Of a DNA stretch of 64,000 nucleotides, positions 20,261 to 28,444 are shown piece by piece. The notes beneath the pieces were generated by a model. That model was given only the letters and a program-made list of their open reading frames with translations, was not told the DNA's origin and did no database searches. This DNA is from Patescibacteria group bacterium. Lineage in GTDB: Bacteria > Patescibacteriota > Gracilibacteria > UBA1369 > 2-02-FULL-48-14. How positions within the stretch are numbered: position 1 is the stretch's first letter; every line of letters begins with the position of its first letter. A program made the translations under genes and the position numbers. The stretch is taken from the NCBI GenBank assembly GCA_018816805.1, contig JAHIVE010000035.1:37575-101574 (forward strand). Direction: 5' to 3'.

Positions 20261-20470
20261 TTGGAGGCTCAGTTGGCAGTGGAGCTTGGCTTGGACGGGA
20301 AAAGTAACGAGGAATTAGTTGCTATGCTTGAAGCTGCAAGTGAGCGTGACCTTCAAATGCATCCAAGAAAATATTGGGTGATAGCTTCAAAGTTAGCGGA
20401 AAGGTGTGATGTAATGCGTGAGGGAGGGACAGCTGATCAGTTGTTGGAGGATTTTAAGAAGGATTTTTGA
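20261..20470 (+). CDS. possible small hypothetical protein
   Basis: 69-aa ORF with a TTG start and protein-like composition in an otherwise empty interval. Confidence 0.35.
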   Translation: MEAQLAVELGLDGKSNEELVAMLEAASERDLQMHPRKYWVIASKLAERCDVMREGGTADQLLEDFKKDF

Positions 20471-20619
20471 AGTTAAGCTGCGGCCTTATGGAAAGTGGTG
20501 TCTTTTTTAGGATTCTTATTGACGTTTTTGGCCTTTTTTGGTAGAGTGAATGATAAGAAAGGCCTTATGGGCCGCACCCCAGCTCAAGGCCAACCCGATA
20601 ACTTAAAACGGAAAATGTT

Positions 20620-20847
20620 ATGGCCTCTTTTTTGCTTCTCATAATCATTGTCAGTTTCTCCGCGGCGATGTGCTACGTGAGCATTCGAAGGCTATATAAT
20701 TATATCAATAGGTATCGGATTGAGGAGTCGGTTTATACTTTGCTTTTTGGGGTGGTTAGGCTCAGGCATTTTGTTTGGTTTTATTTTTTTATGGTGGGGG
20801 CGACGAGCGTGATTGGTCTTTATTTAGCTTTTTACTTTTTATTATGA
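20620..20847 (+). CDS. small membrane protein
   Basis: Two hydrophobic segments; ATGA overlap with the next gene. Confidence 0.65.
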   Translation: MASFLLLIIIVSFSAAMCYVSIRRLYNYINRYRIEESVYTLLFGVVRLRHFVWFYFFMVGATSVIGLYLAFYFLL

Positions 20848-21446
20848 CTGAAGGTGTGTCGTTTAAGGGGCAACTTTCAGATGAAGAGGTCATCTGCACT
20901 TTTCGTAAGCATTGGATAAGTGTGTTACCGCGCCTTTCGGCGCTTTTTGTTTTGGTGGTGGTTACAGCGATTGTTATTTTTTTTCTAGGCGACTTGGCGC
21001 GGTTTGCGAAGGAGGAAATTGCAGTGAGGATTGGGGTGATTTTTGGCTTTGTTCTGCTTGTTGGGCTGGTTCACAATCATTTTATGGGAATTTTTCATTA
21101 TTATTTGCGAACTGTGCAAATTACCAGCCTCAGGGTTGTGGATGTGGATAGAAGTATTTATTTTCGCGACTCGAAAGATTCGATTGATCTGGCCAAAATC
21201 CAGGATATTCAAAAACATCAGAATGGGATTTTGGAAAATATTTTGGATTTTGGTTCGTTCAATATCACGCTATCCGGAACGCACACCTCAATGAATATCA
21301 AGCTGGTACCGCATCCGGAGCATTATTATAAAATTATACACAGGGCAAAGCGCGACTATATTCAGCGTCGTCAGGCGGACCGGGTGCTTTCCTCAATTGG
21401 GCAAGAAGCGCCGGATTTTCCCATTCCGGTGCCGGTGGAGGGGTAG
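20844..21446 (+). CDS. membrane protein with bacterial PH (bPH_2)-like domain
   Basis: FRKHW, two TMs, ITSLRVVDVD...IDLAKIQDI...GILENILDFG...VPHP. Confidence 0.8.
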   Translation: MTEGVSFKGQLSDEEVICTFRKHWISVLPRLSALFVLVVVTAIVIFFLGDLARFAKEEIAVRIGVIFGFVLLVGLVHNHFMGIFHYYLRTVQITSLRVVDVDRSIYFRDSKDSIDLAKIQDIQKHQNGILENILDFGSFNITLSGTHTSMNIKLVPHPEHYYKIIHRAKRDYIQRRQADRVLSSIGQEAPDFPIPVPVEG

Positions 21447-21447
21447 G

Positions 21448-21822
21448 TTAGAGGTTTGCTTTTAAGCCAAATCTGTAGTAGCTGGCCGCCTCATCAGATT
21501 CATTTGCCGTGTCTAGTCGAGTTACAATGCAATTATCCAATCCATAGTCTGCTTGGATATTTGAAAATACACATTCGATAAAATTGCAGTTTGAAAAATC
21601 CACGGCTATAAATGCTGACTTTCTGAATAATACATTGTTGAAAGTGCAGTTTTTGAATATTCCGCTACAAAAGTCGCCACCGTAGATTTCACAATTTTCA
21701 AAGACGGTATCAATGAAATCCAGATCCATCAGTGAACTGGCTTCTTTTATAAGAAAAACTCCACTGATTTTGTTGGTGGTTTTTAAGAGGTTGAGGAGGT
21801 CGTCTTCGTTTAAGGTTTGCAT
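21448..21822 (-). CDS. pentapeptide repeat protein
   Basis: Repeated xxFxx/xCxFx units (VFENC, IFKNC, TFNNV, DFSNC, NFIEC). Confidence 0.8.
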   Translation of the reverse strand: MQTLNEDDLLNLLKTTNKISGVFLIKEASSLMDLDFIDTVFENCEIYGGDFCSGIFKNCTFNNVLFRKSAFIAVDFSNCNFIECVFSNIQADYGLDNCIVTRLDTANESDEAASYYRFGLKANL

Positions 21823-21862
21823 GTTGAAGAATTGTAATTTGATGTTAGCAAATATTTTTTCC

Positions 21863-21913
21863 TTGAGCCAGAAGCATTTATTTTGCTAGTGTTGTTCCTT
21901 AGCTCTTTGACAA
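21863..21913 (+). promoter_or_regulatory. putative promoter followed by a boxA-like sequence
   Basis: TTGAGC-18 nt-TAGTGT with extended TG; GCTCTTTGACAA at 21902-21913 resembles rrn boxA (TGCTCTTTAACA). Confidence 0.5.
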
Positions 21914-22000
21914 TTCAATCCGTGATAGTAAATTGTCTATTTGCGTTTAGGCGGTTTACTGTCACTGATTGAAGGTTGCTGAATAAGGAGGAAGGAAGTA

Positions 22001-22315
22001 ATGCCACAGAAATACAAGTTCGGCGAGCATATTGTCGAAGAAGGACAGTGGACTACCTGGCACATGGTCGATGGGTACTGGACGAAATCCCAAAATGATG
22101 GCGTCTGGACCCACAACCTCTTCGCAGATCCCGAGATGGACACCGACAAGAAGCGAGATGCAAACCACATTCACATCAAGTTCCGCCTTCGGCCTGACGG
22201 GACGGAAGAGTTCGTGTGTTGCTCCATCAAGGTAGATCGCATGAACGAGACGAGCAGGAGGAAGATGATCGAGGACGTCAACAGACTGACCGGTCTCAAC
22301 CTCTCCTACAAGTAG
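22001..22315 (+). CDS. hypothetical 104-aa protein enclosed by inverted repeats
   Basis: Strong SD AAGGAGG at 21985-21991; C-ending codon bias unlike neighbours; no recognisable family. Confidence 0.8.
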   Translation: MPQKYKFGEHIVEEGQWTTWHMVDGYWTKSQNDGVWTHNLFADPEMDTDKKRDANHIHIKFRLRPDGTEEFVCCSIKVDRMNETSRRKMIEDVNRLTGLNLSYK

Positions 22316-22347
22316 AAGCCAATAGCAACAACCAGCAATCAGTGACG

Positions 22348-22411
22348 GTGTATCGAGCAGTGATGACTTAAACCATCGTGAGATGAGTGAAGAGTCTGCT
22401 GACCGATATAT
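22348..22411 (+). ncRNA. putative structured RNA domain downstream of the 104-aa ORF
   Basis: Nested pairings GTGTATCG/CGATATAT and AGCAG/CTGCT, plus a CATC-GTGA-GATG GNRA hairpin. Confidence 0.4.
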
Positions 22412-22412
22412 T

Positions 22413-22445
22413 AGGAGGGGAATTAGGTAAAACTGTTCCTCTCCT
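22413..22445. terminator. terminator-like hairpin between convergent genes
   Basis: AGGAGGGGAA...TTCCTCTCCT 10-bp stem; no long U tract. Confidence 0.45.
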
Positions 22446-22454
22446 TCCCAATAA

Positions 22455-22757
22455 TTAAATGTCTTCGATTTCTACTCTGAGTCCGTTTTTTTTCTTGATG
22501 AAATGAATAACAACATTTGCTCTAAACACTATCCAGTTACCATGGACCTCACTTGAATATGGGGAATCATATGGTGGATTATCATTGGCCTCAACTGTTG
22601 CGACAATGTCATCTGCTTTTTGTCCCTCATGATAATAATAAATTGGTTTGTTTTTGTGATCGTGATCTTTAAAAAGGTCACAGCTAATTTTGTAATATTT
22701 CCCATGCCTTTCATAAGTTTTCATTTCACCAATATGCAAATCAAATTTTGTTATCAT
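22455..22757 (-). CDS. hypothetical protein (AT-rich)
   Basis: 100-aa ORF, low GC, in the tRNA-Asp-adjacent variable region. Confidence 0.6.
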   Translation of the reverse strand: MITKFDLHIGEMKTYERHGKYYKISCDLFKDHDHKNKPIYYYHEGQKADDIVATVEANDNPPYDSPYSSEVHGNWIVFRANVVIHFIKKKNGLRVEIEDI

Positions 22758-22771
22758 GTTTTTTATCTCAA

Positions 22772-22912
22772 TTATTTTTCGGGATTTAATCCTATTTCTT
22801 TTGCAATTTCGTGATATTTTTCATCAAAAAGTTCATCAATCAAGGGCGAATCAAGGTCTTTTTGAGATCCTTGTGATGCTCCCGCTCCAAAAATAAATAT
22901 TTTCATGGGCAT
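22772..22912 (-). pseudogene. truncated SIR2-like protein N-terminus
   Basis: MPMKIFIFGAGASQGSQKDLDSPLIDELFDEKYHEIAKEIGLNPEK*; the hhhhGAGAS...P...EL pattern matches the start of SIR2_2 domains but it stops after 46 aa. Confidence 0.55.
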
Positions 22913-22975
22913 GTAAATAAGTAGCTTCCGTTGGTCGCGTTGATTTTTAGTGCACCCTTCTCTTCGCTGCGGGTG

Positions 22976-23052
22976 TGGCGGAATGGACGGGACTCGAACC
23001 CGCGACCTCCTGCGTGACAGGCAGGCGCTCTAACCAACTGAGCTACCACTCC
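22976..23052 (-). tRNA. tRNA-Asp (GTC)
   Basis: GGAGTGGTAGCTCAGTTGGTTAGAGCGCCTGCCTGTCACGCAGGAGGTCGCGGGTTCGAGTCCCGTCCATTCCGCCA; cloverleaf with encoded CCA. Confidence 0.98.
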
Positions 23053-23127
23053 GTAGGGGGGCCGGTTTAGGAATGCGTATATGATTCCAGGTTAGGCCGC
23101 CCATATTTTGCCTAAAAAGGCGGTCGA

Positions 23128-23156
23128 ACTGTAGCAAAGGCGCCTTGGGGATGCAA
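23128..23156 (-). promoter_or_regulatory. sigma70 promoter of tRNA-Asp
   Basis: Minus strand TTGCAT-17 nt-TACAGT with extended TG. Confidence 0.55.
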
Positions 23157-23221
23157 TGTTTTTTTTAAGGGCTTTTTCTTGAGAGAAAAGGGGAAATATG
23201 CTTGCACCTGTCGGGATTTCT

Positions 23222-23243
23222 AATCTCTGCCCGGGCAGAGATT
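23222..23243. repeat. 22-bp perfect palindrome with a second copy at 20064-20083
   Basis: AATCTCTGCCCGGGCAGAGATT; TCTGCCCGGGCAGAGATTTT is identical at 20064-20083 and 23226-23245. Confidence 0.8.
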
Positions 23244-23346
23244 TTGGGTCGTTTTTTGGCTTGTGCAAGCCATTTTCGCTTACAAAAAGCATGCACGGGC
23301 ACACATTTTTATTCGCCTATAAAAAATTCCGTGATAGAATCCTCGC

Positions 23347-24498
23347 ATGCGAATTGGAATTGATGCAAGAATGTACAGCACTGAATTTACGGGCATTGGC
23401 CGCTATGTGTTCGAGCTTGCGCGGAACCTTGCCAAAGTGGACAAAAAAAATGAGTATGTGCTTTTCATGAACAAGCCGGAGTATGACGCTTATGAGCCGC
23501 CGAATAAGCGGTTTTCCAAGGTGCTGGTGAATGCGAAGCATTATTCATATGCGGAGCAGATTAGATACCCTTCCATTCTGAGAAAGGCAAAGTTGGATTT
23601 GATGCATTTTACGCATTTTAATGCGCCTATGTTGTACAGGCGACCTTCGTTGGTTACCATTCATGATTTGACCCTGTCTTTTTTCCCGGGGAAAAAGATG
23701 AATAGCGGGTTTCAGAGGTTTTCTTATAATAAAGTTTTGAGGAGTATTTTGAAGCATTCAAAGAAGATTATTGCGGTTTCCGAGAATACTAAAATGGATT
23801 TGGAGGAGGTGGCGGGAGCTTTCCCTGATAAAATTGAGGTGATTTACGAAGGAGTGAATGAGAATTTTGGGCCGCGCGGGGTGAAGGAAGAGAATGAGGG
23901 GGTGCTGAAAAAATATGGGATTACTAAAAATTATTTGCTGTATACCGGGGTGTGGCGCGGCCATAAGAATTTGGTGAATTTGATTAAGGCTTTTTCAATT
24001 TTGCATCAAGACGAAACTTTTGATGCGCAACTTGTGATCACCGGAGCGGATGATCCGTATTATCCGGAAATTAAGAGGACAGTGAAGGAGCTTGAGCTTG
24101 AAAATAACACGATTTTTACGGGCCTGGTTTCTGAAGAGGAATTAGTGGCGCTGTATCAAGAGGCACGTGTTTTTGTGTTTCCTTCGCTTTATGAAGGATT
24201 TGGCTTGCCACCACTAGAGGCCATGAGGTGCGGAACGCCGGTTGCGGCTTCAAAAACTTCATGCATTCCGGAGGTTTGCGGGGAGGATAATGCTCTTTTC
24301 TTCGACCCTTATGATCCGACTGAAATGGCGGACAGCATAAATAAAATTTGGATAAATGAAGAGCTGAGAGGGGAGCTGAGGGATCGCGGTTTGAAATGGT
24401 CCAAGAAATTTTCTTGGGAGAAAATGGCGGAGAAAACGCTGAGTGTTTACGAGGGGCTGGATATTACAAAGAAGAAAAAACGAAAATCTCGTCGTTAA
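23347..24498 (+). CDS. glycosyltransferase family 4
   Basis: MRIGIDAR...TGIGRY, VTIHDL, HKNL, FPSLYEGFGLPPLEAM, FSWEKMA. Confidence 0.93.
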   Translation: MRIGIDARMYSTEFTGIGRYVFELARNLAKVDKKNEYVLFMNKPEYDAYEPPNKRFSKVLVNAKHYSYAEQIRYPSILRKAKLDLMHFTHFNAPMLYRRPSLVTIHDLTLSFFPGKKMNSGFQRFSYNKVLRSILKHSKKIIAVSENTKMDLEEVAGAFPDKIEVIYEGVNENFGPRGVKEENEGVLKKYGITKNYLLYTGVWRGHKNLVNLIKAFSILHQDETFDAQLVITGADDPYYPEIKRTVKELELENNTIFTGLVSEEELVALYQEARVFVFPSLYEGFGLPPLEAMRCGTPVAASKTSCIPEVCGEDNALFFDPYDPTEMADSINKIWINEELRGELRDRGLKWSKKFSWEKMAEKTLSVYEGLDITKKKKRKSRR

Positions 24499-25906
24499 AG
24501 GATGAGAGCTGACTGAATGATTCGCTTTGAAGGAGAAAGTTAAATTCGGGTTGGAATTCTTTACTGAAGACTACAAGTTTGATGCCGTTTTCGGTTAGGA
24601 AATTTTGAATGTCCTCGGGGTTTGGGTCGTGTCCGTTAAAAGAAGAGCTGGCGATGCGTTTGTTGATGAGCATTTCTTTGGGGAGACCTCCATCCGGGTT
24701 GGGAAAGTGGAAGTAGATGTCCGCGGGAGAGAGTATGCCGTAGGCGTAGGTATTGAAGTTTTCGTGGGACATAAAAAGAATTGCACCGTCAGTTTTGATG
24801 CTTTGAATCCAGGCTATTTGGCTGTCTATGTATGGGTCTACAGTGGATTCGCGCTTTAAGGCCAAAGAAAATTGCGCGACGATGAAGAGAATTGAAATCG
24901 GGATGAAAATTTTCCTGAACGTGAGGCTTTGGGCTTTCAGTGTGAATGGCAGAGTGAGGGCAAAAGATAACCAGAGAAGACCCAAATAGCGGTCTCTTGG
25001 CCAGTTGACCGGGAAAAGCTCAGACCACTGAGGGTAGAGGAAAAAAGCAAAAGTTGTCACTAAAAAAAGTGAAAAGAAAAAATAAATTTGTGGGGGACGT
25101 TTTTTGTTTGTGAAAGGGAGTGTCAGTATCCAAAAAAAGAATGGCACGCCGGAAAGTAGGAATTGAGTGAGGGATAGGTCGAAATAGTTTGAGGGCAGGT
25201 CTGCGGGGAGAGTCCCGAGACCCCATTTGAAGAGGATATGGTTGAATGGGAGGGGGAAATCCAGGCCGATTGCAAAAAGGTGGACCGTTTTTATTGTAAT
25301 TAATGGGATAGCTAAGATGAAAAAAGGGAGGGTTCGTTTTCTTGCGGGCTTCCAAAAAAAAGTGATTGCGCAGGAAAGCAGTATGAAAAATGCTGTCGCG
25401 GAGTGGATGAGGTAGACGAAGAATAGAAAAATTGCGGCCAATAAGGTGGCGTTTTTATGTTGTGAAAAAAGGATGGCGGGGAAAACCGGAAGCAACAAAT
25501 AACCGAAAACTTGAGGCAGAACACTTTCGCCAATCAGATATTCGACAACAAAAAAGCCGCTCATTGCAAAGAAAAAGTAGTAGAAGGTTTCTTTGGGAGT
25601 TTTCAGTTTGTATGTGGCTGCAAAGATTACGGGGCCGACTAACAAGTAGAATGAAATGAAAATCAGGCCCAGGGTTTTTGGTTCAGCAGATGGGAAAAGA
25701 GCTTGGATCGGGGCTGTGAAAAAAGCGAAAGTCAGCGGGTAAATATGGGAAAAGATTTCGCTGTTCGCAAATTTGCCGGCCAGAATATATTTGCCGAGCC
25801 CCCAAAAATAGTAGCCGTCCGTGCCGTAAAACTGAAGTGGCCAGATGAAATTGATTAGAAGCAACGCTGCAATAGTCGCCAAAGAATAGAGCAGGATTTT
25901 TTTCAT
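24464..25906 (-). CDS. polytopic membrane protein, possible GT-C/oligosaccharyltransferase-like
   Basis: GTDGYYF loop after TM1, more than 10 TMs, PRDRY, soluble C-terminus (FLTENGIKLVVF); start at ATG 25906. Confidence 0.55.
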   Translation of the reverse strand: MKKILLYSLATIAALLLINFIWPLQFYGTDGYYFWGLGKYILAGKFANSEIFSHIYPLTFAFFTAPIQALFPSAEPKTLGLIFISFYLLVGPVIFAATYKLKTPKETFYYFFFAMSGFFVVEYLIGESVLPQVFGYLLLPVFPAILFSQHKNATLLAAIFLFFVYLIHSATAFFILLSCAITFFWKPARKRTLPFFILAIPLITIKTVHLFAIGLDFPLPFNHILFKWGLGTLPADLPSNYFDLSLTQFLLSGVPFFFWILTLPFTNKKRPPQIYFFFSLFLVTTFAFFLYPQWSELFPVNWPRDRYLGLLWLSFALTLPFTLKAQSLTFRKIFIPISILFIVAQFSLALKRESTVDPYIDSQIAWIQSIKTDGAILFMSHENFNTYAYGILSPADIYFHFPNPDGGLPKEMLINKRIASSSFNGHDPNPEDIQNFLTENGIKLVVFSKEFQPEFNFLLQSESFSQLSSFNDEIFVFSSL

Positions 25907-27147
25907 GAAAGTTTTTTGTCGCTGTAGAAGTGATAGAAAAGAAGCGGGGAGACAATTAATTCGACAAGGCGGGAAAGGGCAAGGGAGAGTACTGCGCCCC
26001 AAAGGTGGAAAGTTGGGATTAGCACGAGCATGAACGCGATTTTTTGGATTGGAAGTATGGTGTTAAAAATGAAGAGGGCTGTTTTTTTGTAGTGCGATTC
26101 CATGGCGGTCGAGAAGGTTTTGCCGGGCATGAAAAGTAGGGAAATTGCAAGGACTTGGGCGTAGGGAATGGAGTCTTTGTACTGTGGGAAGAAAAATTTG
26201 TAGATCCATGGGCAGACTGCAATAAAGGCAAGGACGGTTAGGGCTGTGATTATTAAAATGTAAACAAAATGGACGGGTATGCGCTTTTTAACTTCCTGTT
26301 CACTTTTGCTGCTGTAGCGCGGGAGAGCTAGCATGAAGATGTTTTTGAGAAGAAATTTGATTTGTTCAGTGATGAGGATGGCAAATGTGTAAATGGCAAG
26401 GGAGCGGAAGTCCAGAAAAAAGCCGATGATGATTTTGTCGCCGTAATGGGAGATTTGCGGTAGAAGTTCGACGAAGCTCATTTGGATGCCGAATTGCAGG
26501 TCTTTTTTAAAGTCGGTGGTTTTGTTTTGCGGAGTTTTTGAGGCAATTAAAAGTGTCCAAAAACCTTTGAGAATAATTTGAGCGCCCAGAAAAACCGCAA
26601 TTAAAATTAAGATGCTCGCATTGAGATACGAGGCTAGGATTAATGCGCCGTTCATTAATACTGTGAGACTGATTGAAATTATCGTGAATGTTTTGAATTT
26701 TTGTTTGCCGCAATAGTAGGCCTTGAAGTAGTTGGAAGCTGAAGCGAATGGCCAAAGGATGGCGGTTATTACAAAAGCCTGAGTCATTTCAATGTCCTTT
26801 TCAAAAACGAGCTCATAAAGGGCTATAATAATTAAAATCAGGCCGCCGAAAGCCGCCCATTTCAGGACTGTTTTGATGGCCGGAATGAAAATAGCGTCTC
26901 TATTTTGTGAAATGGCGGCGGTGATTGCGGTTTGCATTTTGGGCAGTGAGAATGCCGTGATCATTGCCAGTGCCGCTGTGATGAAACTGTAACGACCATA
27001 AGTTTCCGGTGACAGAAAATTGGCAAATGCAAGTGATAAGAGAAAAACCATCACTACGTTAACGCCGTCGTCCAGAAACAGGAAAAAACCGTTTTTTATG
27101 AAGTAATTCAGGTCAATTCCAATTTTCTTGCCCAGTTTTGTAAGCAT
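25903..27147 (-). CDS. Wzx-like oligosaccharide flippase
   Basis: FANFLSPETYGRY, DKIIIGFFL..LAIYTFA, LIPTFHLWGAV; about 12 TMs. Confidence 0.85.
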   Translation of the reverse strand: MLTKLGKKIGIDLNYFIKNGFFLFLDDGVNVVMVFLLSLAFANFLSPETYGRYSFITAALAMITAFSLPKMQTAITAAISQNRDAIFIPAIKTVLKWAAFGGLILIIIALYELVFEKDIEMTQAFVITAILWPFASASNYFKAYYCGKQKFKTFTIISISLTVLMNGALILASYLNASILILIAVFLGAQIILKGFWTLLIASKTPQNKTTDFKKDLQFGIQMSFVELLPQISHYGDKIIIGFFLDFRSLAIYTFAILITEQIKFLLKNIFMLALPRYSSKSEQEVKKRIPVHFVYILIITALTVLAFIAVCPWIYKFFFPQYKDSIPYAQVLAISLLFMPGKTFSTAMESHYKKTALFIFNTILPIQKIAFMLVLIPTFHLWGAVLSLALSRLVELIVSPLLFYHFYSDKKLS

Positions 27148-27189
27148 CTTTTTTGGTGAAGCGTTGTGATTATAGTATATTTATTTTGT

Positions 27190-27525
27190 ATGAGCGAATT
27201 CCAACCATTTCAAAATTGGGTGCCAAAAACCTTGCAGAAATATAAATTAGCGCGGCAGGCTCGTGCGTCATTAATTTGTGAGCGTTTTCGCAAGCTTGTG
27301 CCGGAGATGATTGGTGAGGATTGCGCTGGTGTTGTTCGCCCAAAGAGTTTTAAAGGAGGAACTTTGTATGTTTCCGTACCCTCCAGTAGCTATGCGCAGC
27401 GCGTTTATGTGCATAGGCATGACATCATTATGAAGTTGAATTTGGAGGTTGACAATGATTTTGTACATGATATACGAACAGTAGTTGAAGCCGTTGGCTT
27501 CGCTAATGATTATGACTCCTCTTGA
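27190..27525 (+). CDS. dciA: DciA (DUF721) helicase-loader family protein
   Basis: RPKSFKGGTLYVSVPSSSYAQ...IIMKLN...DIR pattern. Confidence 0.75.
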   Translation: MSEFQPFQNWVPKTLQKYKLARQARASLICERFRKLVPEMIGEDCAGVVRPKSFKGGTLYVSVPSSSYAQRVYVHRHDIIMKLNLEVDNDFVHDIRTVVEAVGFANDYDSS

Positions 27526-27850
27526 ATGCTCGGTACTGAGGGAAATGATAGACCACGCATTGTCTACCAATGATGGTGATCCTCATTTTGACTTGCCTGA
27601 AAATATTCATGCGTATTGTGCGGAACAGCAGGCTCAATGCCTTTTGGTTTTGCAAATAGAATATTCCAGTGAAGCTATGAGGAGGGCTGCGGGACAAGCT
27701 TTGGCGTTTTGGACTGGCGTTTCCGGTAGAGCTGCTGAGGTAACGGGCGGTGGTTATGGTCGGCCTCCATCTATTTATAGAAGGTTTGATTCTCCAGAAG
27801 GCAACCAAATTGATAGTTTTTTAATACATGTTGGTTTTTCTGTGGGTTAA
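27506..27850 (+). CDS. hypothetical protein
   Basis: ORF overlapping the dciA end; no motif. Confidence 0.45.
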   Translation: MIMTPLECSVLREMIDHALSTNDGDPHFDLPENIHAYCAEQQAQCLLVLQIEYSSEAMRRAAGQALAFWTGVSGRAAEVTGGGYGRPPSIYRRFDSPEGNQIDSFLIHVGFSVG

Positions 27851-27877
27851 TTTGAAACAAGTTTTTTTCGCTTGCTC

Positions 27878-27905
27878 TTGACAATTCGTTAAAGCTCACT
27901 AAAAT
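27878..27905 (+). promoter_or_regulatory. sigma70 promoter of rpsP-khpA
   Basis: TTGACA-16 nt-TAAAAT. Confidence 0.7.
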
Positions 27906-27933
27906 CTGTAAGCAATCTTAACCCCCTTTATTT

Positions 27934-28425
27934 GTGCAAGTAATAAGATTAAGTCGAACAGGTCGACGAAACCAACCCGCATTCCGTATTGTTCTCGCTG
28001 AAAAAAGCGCGCCGGTAAATGCAAAATTTCAAGAGGTTTTAGGAATGTATAATGTGAGTGAGGGGAAAAAATTAACTTTTGATGCCGCTCGAATTGAGCA
28101 TTGGGTGAATATGGGGGCAATACCGTCCGATGCCGTGGCTTCTCTTTTGAAGACGGCCGGTGTTCCGGGTATGGAAAAATTTATTGCTCCTCGAAATTTA
28201 CAGAGGAAGAAAAAGAAGGAAGAGGAGGTAAAAGAAGCTCCAAAAGCTCCAGCTGCTGAAGAGGCTGCCCCTGCTGAAGAGGCCGCTCCCGCTGAAGAGG
28301 CCGCTCCTGCTGAAGAAGCTGCCCCTGCTGAAGAAGCTGCCCCTGCTGAAGAGGCCGCTCCCGCTGAAGAAGCTGCCCCTGCTGAAGAGGCCGCTCCCGC
28401 TGAAGAAGAGGAGACAAAAGAATAA
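27934..28425 (+). CDS. rpsP: 30S ribosomal protein S16 with acidic repeat tail
   Basis: IRLSRTGRRNQPAFRIV...LGMYN...IEHWVNMGAIPSDAV; GTG start. Confidence 0.95.
   Translation: MQVIRLSRTGRRNQPAFRIVLAEKSAPVNAKFQEVLGMYNVSEGKKLTFDAARIEHWVNMGAIPSDAVASLLKTAGVPGMEKFIAPRNLQRKKKKEEEVKEAPKAPAAEEAAPAEEAAPAEEAAPAEEAAPAEEAAPAEEAAPAEEAAPAEEAAPAEEEETKE
28255..28407 (+). repeat. 18-bp coding tandem repeat (AEEAAP) x8.5
   Basis: GCTGAAGARGCYGCYCCY repeated from 28255. Confidence 0.95.
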
Positions 28426-28444
28426 TCATTTAACTATTAAAAAA

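Noticed and set aside
21958-22349. Retron msr-msd (a1/a2 inverted repeats)
   Set aside because: No reverse transcriptase in the window, and the enclosed region is a well-formed ORF.
22356-22400. Hammerhead ribozyme (TGATGA...GAA...GTC)
   Set aside because: Core reads GTGATGA and GAAG instead of CTGANGA and GAAA, and there is no room for stem III.
21440-22976. Intact integrative element at tRNA-Asp
   Set aside because: No integrase and no duplicated tRNA 3' end found by eye.
28255-28407. CRISPR array
   Set aside because: Contiguous 18-bp coding repeats with no spacers and no cas genes.
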